Shown: positions 26,670 to 36,247 of the stretch, piece by piece | Position numbering within the stretch: position 1 is the first letter of the stretch | Layout of the letters: each line of letters starts with the position of its first letter | Assembly: GCA_016187025.1 (NCBI GenBank) | Contig: JACPKM010000001.1 | Coordinates: forward strand, 245,688 to 309,687 | Length of the DNA stretch: 64,000 bases | Direction: 5' to 3' | From: Candidatus Daviesbacteria bacterium | Lineage (GTDB): Bacteria; Patescibacteriota; Microgenomatia; Daviesbacterales; UBA10151 | Program-made: the position numbers and the translations under genes | Notes under the pieces: generated by a model | Databases searched by the model: none | What the model saw: the letters and a program-made list of their open reading frames with translations, nothing else | Told to the model about the DNA's origin: nothing

Positions 26670-27208
26670 AAAATATGATAAAAAAACAAGATAAGCAAAC
26701 TCAAGATAAAATAACACAACTTGAACAAAGGGTTGTTGATTTAGAAAATCAGCTTAAACGGGCAGTGGCTGATTATAGGAATTTGGAATCACGGATCAGC
26801 CAGGGAAGGTCGGAACTCACTTCTTTTGTGGGGGCAGAGTTAATAAGAAAGCTTTTACCGGTTTTGGATCATTTGGAAACAGCTTTAGGCGGATTATCTG
26901 AAGAAGAGAAACAGTCTGGTTGGGCAAAAGGGGTGGGGCTGGCGGTTAAAGAGTTTAAAAATGTTTTACAATCTGAAGGATTGGATGAAATTGCAGCAGA
27001 TGGGCAATTTGATCCAAGTTTGCATGAGGCAGTTGACATAAGGGAGGGTGATAATAATAAAATATTAGAAGTAGTAAGAAAAGGGTATAGGCTAAATGGT
27101 AAGGTGATAAGACCAGCGCAGGTGATCGTGGGACGAAAGTCGAACGGTCATCCTGAGCAAGCGGAGCGAGTCGAAGGATCTATAAATGAACTAAAGGAGG
27201 ACAAATAA
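26666..27208 (+). CDS. grpE: Nucleotide exchange factor GrpE
   Basis: [38 protein letters not shown]. Confidence 0.95.
   Translation: MKNMIKKQDKQTQDKITQLEQRVVDLENQLKRAVADYRNLESRISQGRSELTSFVGAELIRKLLPVLDHLETALGGLSEEEKQSGWAKGVGLAVKEFKNVLQSEGLDEIAADGQFDPSLHEAVDIREGDNNKILEVVRKGYRLNGKVIRPAQVIVGRKSNGHPEQAERVEGSINELKEDK
27147..27181. repeat. REP/RPE-like palindromic unit in frame within the grpE 3' end
   Basis: gtcatcctgagcaagcggagcgagtcgaaggatct with atcct...aggat stem; GC-rich against the AT-rich background. Confidence 0.6.
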
Positions 27209-27209
27209 T

Positions 27210-29153
27210 ATGGCTAAAATTATTGGTATTGATTTAGGGACAACAAATTCAGCAGTGGCGGTGATGGAGGGTGGAAAGCCCAAAGTTATTCATAGTGCAG
27301 AGGGGGAAAATATTATCCCCTCTGTTGTTAATCCGACCAAAAATATAGTTGGAAGAGTAGCCAAGCGCCAGGCTGTGGTAAACCCCAAAGAGACAATTTT
27401 TTCTGTGAAAAGACTGATGGGCAGAAAGTACAAGGACTCCGAGGTACAAAGGGATATTAAATGGCTTCCATACACGATTAAAGAAGGCCGCGAAGGTATG
27501 GCTGTTGTAGAAGTTGAAGGTCATGAATATACCCCTCAAGAAATTTCCGCCCAAATTCTGCAAAAAATTAAATCCGATGCAGAGTCTTATTTAGGTGAGA
27601 AAGTTACGGATGCGGTCGTTACAGTTCCTGCTTATTTTGATGATGCCCAAAGGCAAGCTACCAAACAAGCAGGGGAAATTGCCGGACTTAATGTTCAAAG
27701 GATTATTAACGAACCAACTGCTGCAGCTTTGGCTTATGGGCTGGATAAATCCCATGCTCACACGATAGCTGTTTATGATCTGGGTGGAGGGACTTTTGAT
27801 ATCTCAATTTTGGAGCTTGGGGACGGTGTGTTTGAGGTCAAATCAACCAACGGTGATACTCACTTAGGAGGCGATGATTTTGACCAGGTAATCTTAGATC
27901 ATTTGGCAGAAGAGTTTAAAAAGGAACAGGGAATTGATCTAAAGGGGGACAGGCAAGCTCTGCAAAGGCTTCGGGATGCAGCTGAAAAAGCCAAGATTGA
28001 ACTCTCTTCCACTACCGAGGCTGAAATCTCGATCCCGTTTGTGACTGCTGATGCCTCAGGACCCAAGCATTTAGAAATGAAGTTATCCAGGTCAAAGCTT
28101 GAGGCTATGGTTAAACCTTTGATTGATAAAACTTTTGAGGCTGTTAAGGCTGCTTTGAAGGATTCAAAACATGAACCCAAAGAGATAGGTGAGGTGGTTT
28201 TAGTAGGGGGCATGACCAGAATGCCTGCAGTCCAAAAGGCAGTATCCGACTTTTTTGGCAAAGAACCACACAAAGGTATTAATCCGGACGAGGTGGTAGC
28301 TGTGGGAGCAGCCATTCAAGGAGGGGTTTTGGGCGGAGAGGTTAAAGACGTATTGCTTTTGGATGTGACTCCCCTGACTTTAGGCATTGAAACTTTGGGC
28401 GGAGTCAGAACTTCATTAATCTCTCGAAATACTACTATCCCAACTTCAAAGAGTGAAGTTTTCTCAACAGCTGCAGACAATCAGCCTGCAGTAGAGATTA
28501 ATGTCTTGCAAGGTGAAAGAGAGATGGCAGCAGATAACAAATCTTTAGGCAGGTTTGTGTTAGATGGAATTCCTCCTGCGCCCCGTGGTGTACCGCAAGT
28601 TGAAGTAACCTTTGACATTGATGCCAGCGGAATTTTGAATGTAACAGCTCATGACAAAGCAACCGGTAAGAAGCAAAATATCACCATTACCGGATCAACT
28701 GGTCTATCTAAAGATGAAGTGGAGAAAATGACCAAGGAGGCAGAAGCTCATGCTGAAGAAGATAAAAAGAGGAAAGAAGAAATTGAAATCAGAAATACAG
28801 CCGATTCCCTGGTATATTCAACTGAGCGAACCCTAAAAGACGCTGGAATAAAAGTGTCAGAAGATGTTAAAAAAGATGTGCAGGGAAAGGTGGATGAATT
28901 AAAGGAAGCTTTGAAAGGCGCATCCGTTGATGAAATTAAATCCAAAGCAGACGCTTTGGCTGAAAGCTCGCAAAAAATAGGGCAAGCAATGTACCAAGGC
29001 CAGCAAGCAGCTGGGGCACCAGGTGCTGAGACTCAATCTACTGAACAACCCGCAGGAGAGCAATCGCAGAGCGGAGAAGCTCCAAAAACTGAAGAAGCAG
29101 TCGAAGGTGAGGTGGTAGAAGAGGAGAAAAAGGATGACAGCGGAAAAGCCTGA
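27210..29153 (+). CDS. dnaK: Chaperone DnaK
   Basis: [27 protein letters not shown]. Confidence 0.99.
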   Translation: MAKIIGIDLGTTNSAVAVMEGGKPKVIHSAEGENIIPSVVNPTKNIVGRVAKRQAVVNPKETIFSVKRLMGRKYKDSEVQRDIKWLPYTIKEGREGMAVVEVEGHEYTPQEISAQILQKIKSDAESYLGEKVTDAVVTVPAYFDDAQRQATKQAGEIAGLNVQRIINEPTAAALAYGLDKSHAHTIAVYDLGGGTFDISILELGDGVFEVKSTNGDTHLGGDDFDQVILDHLAEEFKKEQGIDLKGDRQALQRLRDAAEKAKIELSSTTEAEISIPFVTADASGPKHLEMKLSRSKLEAMVKPLIDKTFEAVKAALKDSKHEPKEIGEVVLVGGMTRMPAVQKAVSDFFGKEPHKGINPDEVVAVGAAIQGGVLGGEVKDVLLLDVTPLTLGIETLGGVRTSLISRNTTIPTSKSEVFSTAADNQPAVEINVLQGEREMAADNKSLGRFVLDGIPPAPRGVPQVEVTFDIDASGILNVTAHDKATGKKQNITITGSTGLSKDEVEKMTKEAEAHAEEDKKRKEEIEIRNTADSLVYSTERTLKDAGIKVSEDVKKDVQGKVDELKEALKGASVDEIKSKADALAESSQKIGQAMYQGQQAAGAPGAETQSTEQPAGEQSQSGEAPKTEEAVEGEVVEEEKKDDSGKA

Positions 29154-29185
29154 AATTAGACAATTAACACTTCTTATGGATATCC

Positions 29186-29209
29186 AGCCTCGGGAATCCG
29201 AGGCTTTTT
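29186..29209 (+). terminator. Rho-independent terminator after dnaK
   Basis: agcctcgg-gaat-ccgaggct followed by tttt. Confidence 0.8.
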
Positions 29210-29217
29210 AAAAGGAA

Positions 29218-29547
29218 ATGAAAAAAAATATTATCAGTGAAAAATTAAAAGGTTTTGAAATCAAGTTTAGCACCAAACCAGGTGTTTTTTCTGAACATGG
29301 GCTTGATGAAGGTAGTAAGCTGCTGATTGATCATATGGCAATAACAGATGAAACTATTTTGGCTGATTTAGGTTGTGGCTCTGGAGTAATAGGTTTTGTG
29401 CATTTAAAGCCTAAAGGGGAAACTACTTGGGTAGTTCAAACTCAAATCAAACCTGTTGTTGAGCGTTTATTTGAAAAGTATTTTGGAAACTGTAAAATAG
29501 TGGCAGCTGGAAAAAGACACGTGATTATAAAAGCGCAGAAAGGATAA
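29218..29547 (+). pseudogene. RsmC/MTS-like small methyltransferase with an in-frame internal deletion
   Basis: PGVFS..LDEGSKLL and DLGCGSGVIG join directly to HLKPKG; motif II and NPP(F/Y) are absent. Confidence 0.7.
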
Positions 29548-29549
29548 AT

Positions 29550-30476
29550 ATGGCAGCTAAAAAAGATTACTATGACATATTAGGGATTACAAAAAATTCC
29601 TCAGAGGCAGAAATTAAATCTGCCTATCGTAAGTTGGCAAGAAAACATCATCCGGATATAGACAAGTCAGCTGGTGCAGCGGAAAGATTTAAAGAAATCT
29701 CAGAAGCTTATCAGGTTTTATCTGATACACAAAAAAAGGGTGCTTACGATCAGTTTGGTCATGCAGCCTTTGATAGAGGAGCGGGTGGGACTGGACCATT
29801 TGGAGCAGGGGCAGGTGGGTTTAACCCCTTTGGGCAAGGAGGATTTAGAACATACACCTGGTCTACAGGTGGAGGAGGGTCAAACACTGGATTTGATTTT
29901 GGCGGGTTTGAAGATCCGTTTGACCTTTTTGAACAGATTTTTGGTGGAGCATCTCCCTTTGGAGGGTTTAGCAGAAGACCTACCTATCAAATGAACCTAA
30001 TATTTGATGAAGCTATAAAAGGAGTTACTAAAGAGATAGAAATAGAGCAGAGAAACCAAAAAGGGACGATAGAGCGAAAGAGAATGAAAATTAAAGTTCC
30101 TGCTGGTGTTACTAATGGAACCAAAATACGGTTTGGGGATATCGATATTGTTTTTCAGGTGGAAAGGCATCCAGAGTTTATCAGAGAGGGAGCAGATGTT
30201 TTTTCAGATATCAGAGTCTCTATTCCGCAACTGGTTTTAGGGGAGACTTTAGAAGTAAATACTGTAGGAGGAAAGGTTAAGGTGAAATTACCTGCTGCTA
30301 CCCAGCCTGGTTCACTGGTAAAGTTAAAGGGTAAAGGTGCACCTTCGCTTCGAGGAGGATATGGTGATCATTATGTTAGGGTGAATGTTTCTATTCCAAA
30401 GACCCTTTCAAAACAGGAAAAAGAGCTTTATGAGAAACTGAAAGAACTCTCTTCAAATAAAAAAGGGTGGTTTTGA
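29550..30476 (+). CDS. dnaJ: DnaJ-class chaperone lacking the zinc finger
   Basis: J-domain with HPD, G/F-rich region and C-terminal domain; no CxxCxGxG repeats. Confidence 0.92.
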   Translation: MAAKKDYYDILGITKNSSEAEIKSAYRKLARKHHPDIDKSAGAAERFKEISEAYQVLSDTQKKGAYDQFGHAAFDRGAGGTGPFGAGAGGFNPFGQGGFRTYTWSTGGGGSNTGFDFGGFEDPFDLFEQIFGGASPFGGFSRRPTYQMNLIFDEAIKGVTKEIEIEQRNQKGTIERKRMKIKVPAGVTNGTKIRFGDIDIVFQVERHPEFIREGADVFSDIRVSIPQLVLGETLEVNTVGGKVKVKLPAATQPGSLVKLKGKGAPSLRGGYGDHYVRVNVSIPKTLSKQEKELYEKLKELSSNKKGWF

Positions 30477-30932
30477 TTACCAATACTCCGGATCAAAAAA
30501 TCCATGATATACTCTCACTATCAAAAAATAAAATCCTAATGGTTGATTATGGTCAATTTGGTCAACTAGTAAGTGTCCAAATACTCCCAGACTTAGAGAT
30601 AGCAGTATTGTTTTATATCGAACAAAACTTTTTCTTTTACTCAAGATAAACAAAACAATCGCTATCTCCCAGGAATGAAGAGGTACAAACACTCTATTTG
30701 TTATATCAAAATAATCTCCACTTATAATGTTAGTTAAGTTTATATTTAGACCGTAAGCATAAAAGTAGTCTATAAAATGGTCTATATCCAAAAACATAGA
30801 AGCAACAACTGTCCAAAATAATGCTTTCCATTCTTTAGTCTTTTGAAAGATAACAACTCCAGTTGCTATTGCCAAAAACAGGTGGATTAGTTCATGGGTC
30901 AGTAGTTCATTTAGCATGAATTTAAAAATCAA
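30477..30932 (-). CDS. Membrane-bound metal-dependent hydrolase-like protein
   Basis: THELIH, LDIDHF, PLHSWE and GHLLVD metal-ligand pattern within hydrophobic helices; start may be ATG 30917. Confidence 0.6.
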   Translation of the reverse strand: MIFKFMLNELLTHELIHLFLAIATGVVIFQKTKEWKALFWTVVASMFLDIDHFIDYFYAYGLNINLTNIISGDYFDITNRVFVPLHSWEIAIVLFILSKRKSFVRYKTILLSLSLGVFGHLLVDQIDHNQPLGFYFLIVRVYHGFFDPEYW

Positions 30933-31831
30933 ATACCTTGTGTTTGAGAAGGGGGTTGGGTAGTTTCATAAATTTTTTCCAGGTTTTGTTGTGGTTTAGG
31001 GCTAATTTGCGGAAGATATCTGGTTCCTAAAAAACCCAGGATAAATATTAATATCCAACCAGCCAAGGAAACTAAAACAGGAATTAAAAGTTTAGCTTGC
31101 TGGTTAGGGGCAGTTGCTTTTGTTTGTTTATAGGCTGTGAAGATATAACATAAGCTAAACCAGCCAAAAAGTATGTTGGCTATAAACTGAAGAACTGGAA
31201 AATCATTTAAAACAGAAATTATCAAAATACTAATTACCCAAATTATAAAAAACCTTAATGCCAAAGGCCAAAAGTTGCTCTTGATCAAAGATACACTTGA
31301 TCTGATGGAATCTAATCCTTTTTTACCCCCCAAGATAAGCTCAAAGTAATAAAAACTGAATAAAAAGCCAATTACTATTCCTGGAATAATAAACAAAAAC
31401 ACTCCTCCTAATACAATCAAACTTGATAGAAGGCCGATAAGTATTAAAGGGAGCATAAATTTCAGGCTGGTTTTGAAGATTTCTCTAAAAGAAACCTTTG
31501 CGTTATCAGGGTAATCTAGAATTAAAATCGATCCTATAACTACAAAAATAGTCATAACGGTAAAACCAATCAGAAGCAAAATTAGTATGATACTAAACAA
31601 AGGTATCATTCCCGAAAATGTAGCTGGGTTAAAGTTTCCAGATTGAAATGCTGAAGAAAAAACTCCTATGCCTACACCGGAAATTAGCAATATTACTGCT
31701 GCTACTATAGCCAAAAAGACAAAACCTGCTAGGCCTATGATATTAACAATGAATAAGTTTAATAATTTTTTGGCAAATAATTTCCAGGAATCTTTAAAAA
31801 GAGTTTGGATTGCAGGAAGGCTTTTATCCAC
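30929..31831 (-). CDS. Multi-pass membrane protein (DUF975/GDPD-membrane-domain-like)
   Basis: Hydrophobic helices, LFIIPGI, SIRSSVSLIKSNFW; GTG 31831 follows TTGACA-17-TACACT. Confidence 0.6.
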   Translation of the reverse strand: MDKSLPAIQTLFKDSWKLFAKKLLNLFIVNIIGLAGFVFLAIVAAVILLISGVGIGVFSSAFQSGNFNPATFSGMIPLFSIILILLLIGFTVMTIFVVIGSILILDYPDNAKVSFREIFKTSLKFMLPLILIGLLSSLIVLGGVFLFIIPGIVIGFLFSFYYFELILGGKKGLDSIRSSVSLIKSNFWPLALRFFIIWVISILIISVLNDFPVLQFIANILFGWFSLCYIFTAYKQTKATAPNQQAKLLIPVLVSLAGWILIFILGFLGTRYLPQISPKPQQNLEKIYETTQPPSQTQGI

Positions 31832-31930
31832 TAATTCAGTGTAAAGCAAAGCCAGTTGAGTGTCAATATAAGATTAGGCTTGACTTAAAATAAGTAAAGA
31901 GAGTAAAATATCTGTGGTTAATAATCCAAA

Positions 31931-31994
31931 GGAATATATTAACTAATATATTCCAAAATCCTTAAAGGTGGGACTAGTGCCCACCTTAATTTTT
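31931..31994 (+). promoter_or_regulatory. nusA leader with two hairpins, the second terminator-like
   Basis: ggaatatatt-aact-aatatattcc (31931-31954) and aaggtggg-actagtg-cccacctt (31965-31987) followed by aattttt. Confidence 0.55.
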
Positions 31995-31998
31995 AGAT

Positions 31999-33129
31999 AT
32001 GGCACAGGCTAGAACAGAATTTGCAGCTGCATTAAATCAAATTGCCTCTGAAAAAGGGGTTGAACCTTCTGTGGTTTTAGAAGCAATTAAAGCTGCAGCA
32101 ATTGCTGCTTATAAAAAAGATTTAGTCTTAAGAAATGAAACAGTTCCCGAGGATTTTAGCGATTACTCATCTAAAGTAGATCCTGTAACAGGTGAAATCA
32201 CTATCTTTCGTGGCAGTGATAATGTAACCCCTCCTGGTTTTGCCAGAATTGCCGCATCCATTGCCAAACAGGTAATAATGCAAAAGCTAAACGAGGCAGA
32301 GAGAAGTGCGATTTTATCAGAGTATGAGAATAAAGTAGGATCTGTTATTTCTGGAGCAATCCAAAGACAAGAAGGAAACACCTATTTTGTAGACTTAGGT
32401 AGAGCTGAAGGAATTCTACCTCCTTCAGATCAAAGCCGGGATGAAATTTATCATCAAAATCAAAGATTAAAGTTTTATATTAAAGAGATTAGGGAAGGCG
32501 GACGGGGTTCCGAAGTAGTCGTTTCCAGGACTGATCCAGGACTTATTAAGGGACTTTTTACAATAGAGGTTCCGGAAATACAATCCGGAAATGTTGAAGT
32601 GAAAGCCATTGCCCGTGAAGCCGGTTCAAGAACCAAAATTGCTGCTATCTCCACACAAGATGGTGTTGATCCAGTCGGATCCTTGGTTGGTCAAAAAGGA
32701 GTAAGAGTTCAGGCTGTTATGAGTGAGTTAGGAGATGAAAAAATTGACATTATTCAATACTCAGAAGATCCAGCCAGGTTTATTGCTGCAGCACTATCTC
32801 CGGCAAAAGATGTAATAGTAAGGTTAGATAAGGAAAGTAAAGTTGCCAAAGTGATTGTTCCGCAAAATCAGCTGTCACTCGCCATTGGTAAAGGTGGACA
32901 AAATGTTAGACTGGCTGCAAAACTAACAGGGTGGAAGATTGATATTGAGGGATCAGGAGAACCTGAGATACAAGCCGAGGCGGTAAGTGAGGAAGAAGCT
33001 GGAACAGGTGAGAGAAAAGAAAAACCTGCCACAGCACCAACTCAAGCAACACCAGTTGATGACACACAAACAACAGATCTTTCTGCAGAAGAAACCACAG
33101 CTAAAGAAGAAGCAAGAAGCAAGAAGTAA
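31999..33129 (+). CDS. nusA: Transcription termination/antitermination factor NusA
   Basis: FARIAASIAKQVIMQK, AREAGSRTKIA, LSLAIGKGGQNVRLAAKLTGWKIDI. Confidence 0.97.
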   Translation: MAQARTEFAAALNQIASEKGVEPSVVLEAIKAAAIAAYKKDLVLRNETVPEDFSDYSSKVDPVTGEITIFRGSDNVTPPGFARIAASIAKQVIMQKLNEAERSAILSEYENKVGSVISGAIQRQEGNTYFVDLGRAEGILPPSDQSRDEIYHQNQRLKFYIKEIREGGRGSEVVVSRTDPGLIKGLFTIEVPEIQSGNVEVKAIAREAGSRTKIAAISTQDGVDPVGSLVGQKGVRVQAVMSELGDEKIDIIQYSEDPARFIAAALSPAKDVIVRLDKESKVAKVIVPQNQLSLAIGKGGQNVRLAAKLTGWKIDIEGSGEPEIQAEAVSEEEAGTGERKEKPATAPTQATPVDDTQTTDLSAEETTAKEEARSKK

Positions 33130-33227
33130 GAATAATGGTTATGACACGTTTTTTAAATTTCCTTGATTCAAAATTCTAGCTTCTAAATTCTTCTAAAAGG
33201 TTTAATATAAAGACAGGAAAAAAATTA

Positions 33228-34679
33228 ATGGCAGAAATATCACGTCCACCTATTGTTACGATCCTAGGCCATGTTGATCATGGAAAAACTACCCTGCTCG
33301 ATTTTATAAGAAAAGCAAATGTTGCCTCCAAAGAACATGGGGGTATTACCCAGCATATTGGAGCATATCAGGCAGAGCACGAAGGTAAGTTAATAACTTT
33401 TATTGATACTCCAGGTCATGCTGCATTTGAAAATATGAGATCAAGAGGAGCAAGGGTGGCAGATGTTGCAGTTTTGGTAGTTGCCATAGACGATGGGATT
33501 ATGCCTCAAACAGTTGAGGCAATCAAACATATAAAAAGTGCAAAGGTATCGATGGTTGTAGCCATCAACAAAGTTGACCTTCCAGGAATTGAAAAACAAG
33601 TCCAGCTGCAAAAGATAAAAAAACAGTTGTCTGATCATGAGGTGGTCGTTGAGGAGTACGGCGGTGATGTACCTTTAATAACCTTGTCTGCAAAATCAGG
33701 TGACGGGGTAGATAAACTGCTAGAAATGATTAATTTGGTCGCTGAAGTCAATGAGATCAAAGGGGATCCTGATACTGCTCCTGGGGGAGTAGTAATAGAA
33801 TCAACTCTGGATAAATTTAAAGGACCTATTGCAACAATTTTGATCAGAAATGGATCTTTAAAAAAAGGAGACCAGATTTTGGTTGGTGGAGTTAAAGGAA
33901 AGGTTCGGGCAATGTTTGACTACAGTGGCAAACAACTTGAAAAAGCCTTACCGTCTATGCCGGTTGAGATATTGGGTTTAGAAGGAGTTCCTCCAGTAGG
34001 GTCAACTTTAGGCGAGGAAATGGAAGCAAAAAAGCGGGAAGTAACTGACTCAAGTTTACTGGGGAAGTTAAGAGATAAAGACAAGAAAACCTTGAAACTT
34101 GTTATTAAAGCAGACAAACAAGGTTCACTGGAAGCCATAGAAACATCTTTGGAAAAGTTCAATCAGGAGGGACAAGTGGTTGAGTTTATTTTTATAGGTA
34201 CAGGAGATGTCACAGAAGATAATGTTAAAAGAGCTGCTGCAGTTGGTGCAATTGTTTTAGGATTTAATGTAAAGGTAGTTCCAGCAGCAACAAAACTGGC
34301 AGAAAATGAGGGAGTTTTAATCAGAACCTACAATATTATTTATGAGTTGCTGGACGAGATGGAAGAGGTAGTAGAAGATTTACTGAGGGTAGGACAAGTA
34401 GAGGAAATTTTAGGAAGTGCCCAGGTTATTGCGGAGTTTCCTTATGGCAAAAATGAGAAAATAGCAGGTTGTAGGGTAGAAGAAGGAATAATTTCAAAAG
34501 GCCATAGGATAAGAATAGTGAGGGACGGAGAGATATTGAACGAAACAAGGATTAAATCTTTGAAAAAAGTGAAAGAAGAGGTCGCAAGGGTGGAAAAGGG
34601 AAATGATTGCGGAATGATGTTTGATTCTCAGGTAGAGTTTAGAATAGGTGATACTGTTGAATCCTTCAGGGTTATATGA
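33228..34679 (+). CDS. infB: Translation initiation factor IF-2 (minimal, lacks the N-terminal domain)
   Basis: RPPIVTILGHVDHGKTTLLD, GGITQHIGAY, DTPGHAAF. Confidence 0.97.
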   Translation: MAEISRPPIVTILGHVDHGKTTLLDFIRKANVASKEHGGITQHIGAYQAEHEGKLITFIDTPGHAAFENMRSRGARVADVAVLVVAIDDGIMPQTVEAIKHIKSAKVSMVVAINKVDLPGIEKQVQLQKIKKQLSDHEVVVEEYGGDVPLITLSAKSGDGVDKLLEMINLVAEVNEIKGDPDTAPGGVVIESTLDKFKGPIATILIRNGSLKKGDQILVGGVKGKVRAMFDYSGKQLEKALPSMPVEILGLEGVPPVGSTLGEEMEAKKREVTDSSLLGKLRDKDKKTLKLVIKADKQGSLEAIETSLEKFNQEGQVVEFIFIGTGDVTEDNVKRAAAVGAIVLGFNVKVVPAATKLAENEGVLIRTYNIIYELLDEMEEVVEDLLRVGQVEEILGSAQVIAEFPYGKNEKIAGCRVEEGIISKGHRIRIVRDGEILNETRIKSLKKVKEEVARVEKGNDCGMMFDSQVEFRIGDTVESFRVI

Positions 34680-34763
34680 CTTAGCTTGAAATTAGCGTCT
34701 CACTGAGTAATTTCGCGCTGCGCTTGAAATTATAGGATATTGGTGGTAGAATCACCCTTACAA

Positions 34764-35723
34764 ATGCAATACGATTCGCAACTAACAGAGCTAAAAAACC
34801 TACTTCCGGCAGCCAAGAGTATTCTTATTGCCCTTCCTATTGGTGCAAGTATTGATAAACTGGCTTCAGGATTGGCTCTTTTTCTGTCTTTGCAACAGCA
34901 AGGAAAAGAAGTTTCTATAGTTTCTGATGATAATGTAAACGTTTCCCAAGCCTACCTTTTTGGAGTAGACCGTATTCAAAAAAATGTCTCTCAAGCAGGA
35001 GGAGCAGGTGGAAACATGACTCTTGTATTGGAGGGGGTTGCTGCATCAGATGGAACAGTTCCAGCATTACAAAAGTTGGACTGGTTTGCAGAAAACAACA
35101 ATTTAAACTTAGTATTTCATATTATGCCAGGGCAGACCTTTCAGCCTGCAAAAATCACTCCCAAATACCAGGTTTCCGGATTTAGTTTAGTTTTCGTTAT
35201 TGGAGCAACAAATTTAAATAATTTAGGAAATTTATATACTCAAAATTCACAAATGTTTTCCGGGGCACATATTGTAAATTTTGATAATCAAACCTCAAAT
35301 AGTAACTTCGGGCAAACAAACCTACTAGATACTAACGCTGCCTCTCTCTCTGAAATGACTCAATCAGTGATTTCTTCACTGGGATTACCAGTTGATGCAG
35401 ATATAGCTAGTAACTTACTGGCAGGTATATTTGAAGCAACCAACAATCTGACAAGTTCAAATGTAACTGCCGATACTTTTATATCTGTAGCAGACTGCTT
35501 AAGAGCAGGTGGTAAAAAGCCACAAGGGATTCAAACCCAGGAGGGTCCAAAGCTAGAATTAAACCAATTCATGCCTCCGTCACAACAAGTTACTCAAACA
35601 CCGCAAAACCAGCCTTCTCAAGAGGAGCGTCCTGCCGGCGAGGGTTTAAGGTCTGCAGAATCTGTTGAAGTAGAGCCGGAATGGTTAACTCCAAAAATAT
35701 TTAAAGGTTCATCTATAGGATGA
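34764..35723 (+). CDS. DHH/NrnA-fold protein with degenerate metal-binding motifs
   Basis: Position after infB and NrnA-like segments (DKLASGLAL, NFDNQ..NSNFG, ASLSEM, ASNLLAGIFEATNN); DHH replaced by DNQ. Confidence 0.6.
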   Translation: MQYDSQLTELKNLLPAAKSILIALPIGASIDKLASGLALFLSLQQQGKEVSIVSDDNVNVSQAYLFGVDRIQKNVSQAGGAGGNMTLVLEGVAASDGTVPALQKLDWFAENNNLNLVFHIMPGQTFQPAKITPKYQVSGFSLVFVIGATNLNNLGNLYTQNSQMFSGAHIVNFDNQTSNSNFGQTNLLDTNAASLSEMTQSVISSLGLPVDADIASNLLAGIFEATNNLTSSNVTADTFISVADCLRAGGKKPQGIQTQEGPKLELNQFMPPSQQVTQTPQNQPSQEERPAGEGLRSAESVEVEPEWLTPKIFKGSSIG

Positions 35724-35770
35724 CTCCTTGCAAAATAGAAGATTCTTTGCTAGACTACGCATACAAATAA

Positions 35771-35800
35771 GGAATGACTTTTTGGCACCAAGGTTATTCC
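35771..35800 (+). promoter_or_regulatory. Candidate S15-binding rpsO leader hairpin
   Basis: ggaatgacttt pairs with aaggttattcc (G-U pairs included) upstream of the aggagg SD. Confidence 0.4.
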
Positions 35801-35826
35801 ATAAAAACATTTAAAAGGAGGATGCC

Positions 35827-36096
35827 ATGCCACTTGATCCAAAGATTAAGCAGAAAATAATTAAAGAGTTTGCAACTAAATCCGGTGATACAGGCTCTCC
35901 TGAAGTACAAGTTGCTCTTTTAACTGAACAAATTAAAAATCTTACTTCTCACTTAAAAGAACACACCCATGATATCCATTCAAGAAGAGGGCTTTTATCT
36001 ATGGTTAACAAGCGCAGAAGGTTATTGCAGTATTTAGTTAAAAAAGACGCGGACAGGTATAAAATCGTTATAGAAAAGTTAGGATTATCCAAGTAA
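35827..36096 (+). CDS. rpsO: 30S ribosomal protein S15
   Basis: [23 protein letters not shown]. Confidence 0.98.
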   Translation: MPLDPKIKQKIIKEFATKSGDTGSPEVQVALLTEQIKNLTSHLKEHTHDIHSRRGLLSMVNKRRRLLQYLVKKDADRYKIVIEKLGLSK

Positions 36097-36145
36097 GAGA
36101 TAGGTTACATGAAATTTGAAGTTAGTGTGTTATACTAACAAGCAA

Positions 36146-36217
36146 AGGATTTGGGGATTGCAAATTGTAGATAAGTAATAGACTTGCTTATCTTCAGTTC
36201 CACAGTTTCCAAATCTT
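36146..36217 (+). promoter_or_regulatory. Long stem-loop in the pnp 5' leader (candidate RNase III site)
   Basis: aggatttggggattg pairs with cagtttccaaatctt; inner agataagtaa pairs with ttgcttatct. Confidence 0.6.
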
Positions 36218-36247
36218 CATAACTCACCGACTCTCTGCTAAAAATTG

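Noticed and set aside
27249-28945. Antisense ORFs within dnaK, and similar short ORFs inside rpoB, rpoC, pnp, ftsK and fusA
   Set aside because: Shadow ORFs of strongly conserved genes with no motifs of their own.
29134-29211. 25-codon [17 protein letters not shown]... overlapping the dnaK end
   Set aside because: Too short, runs through the terminator and has no recognisable motif.
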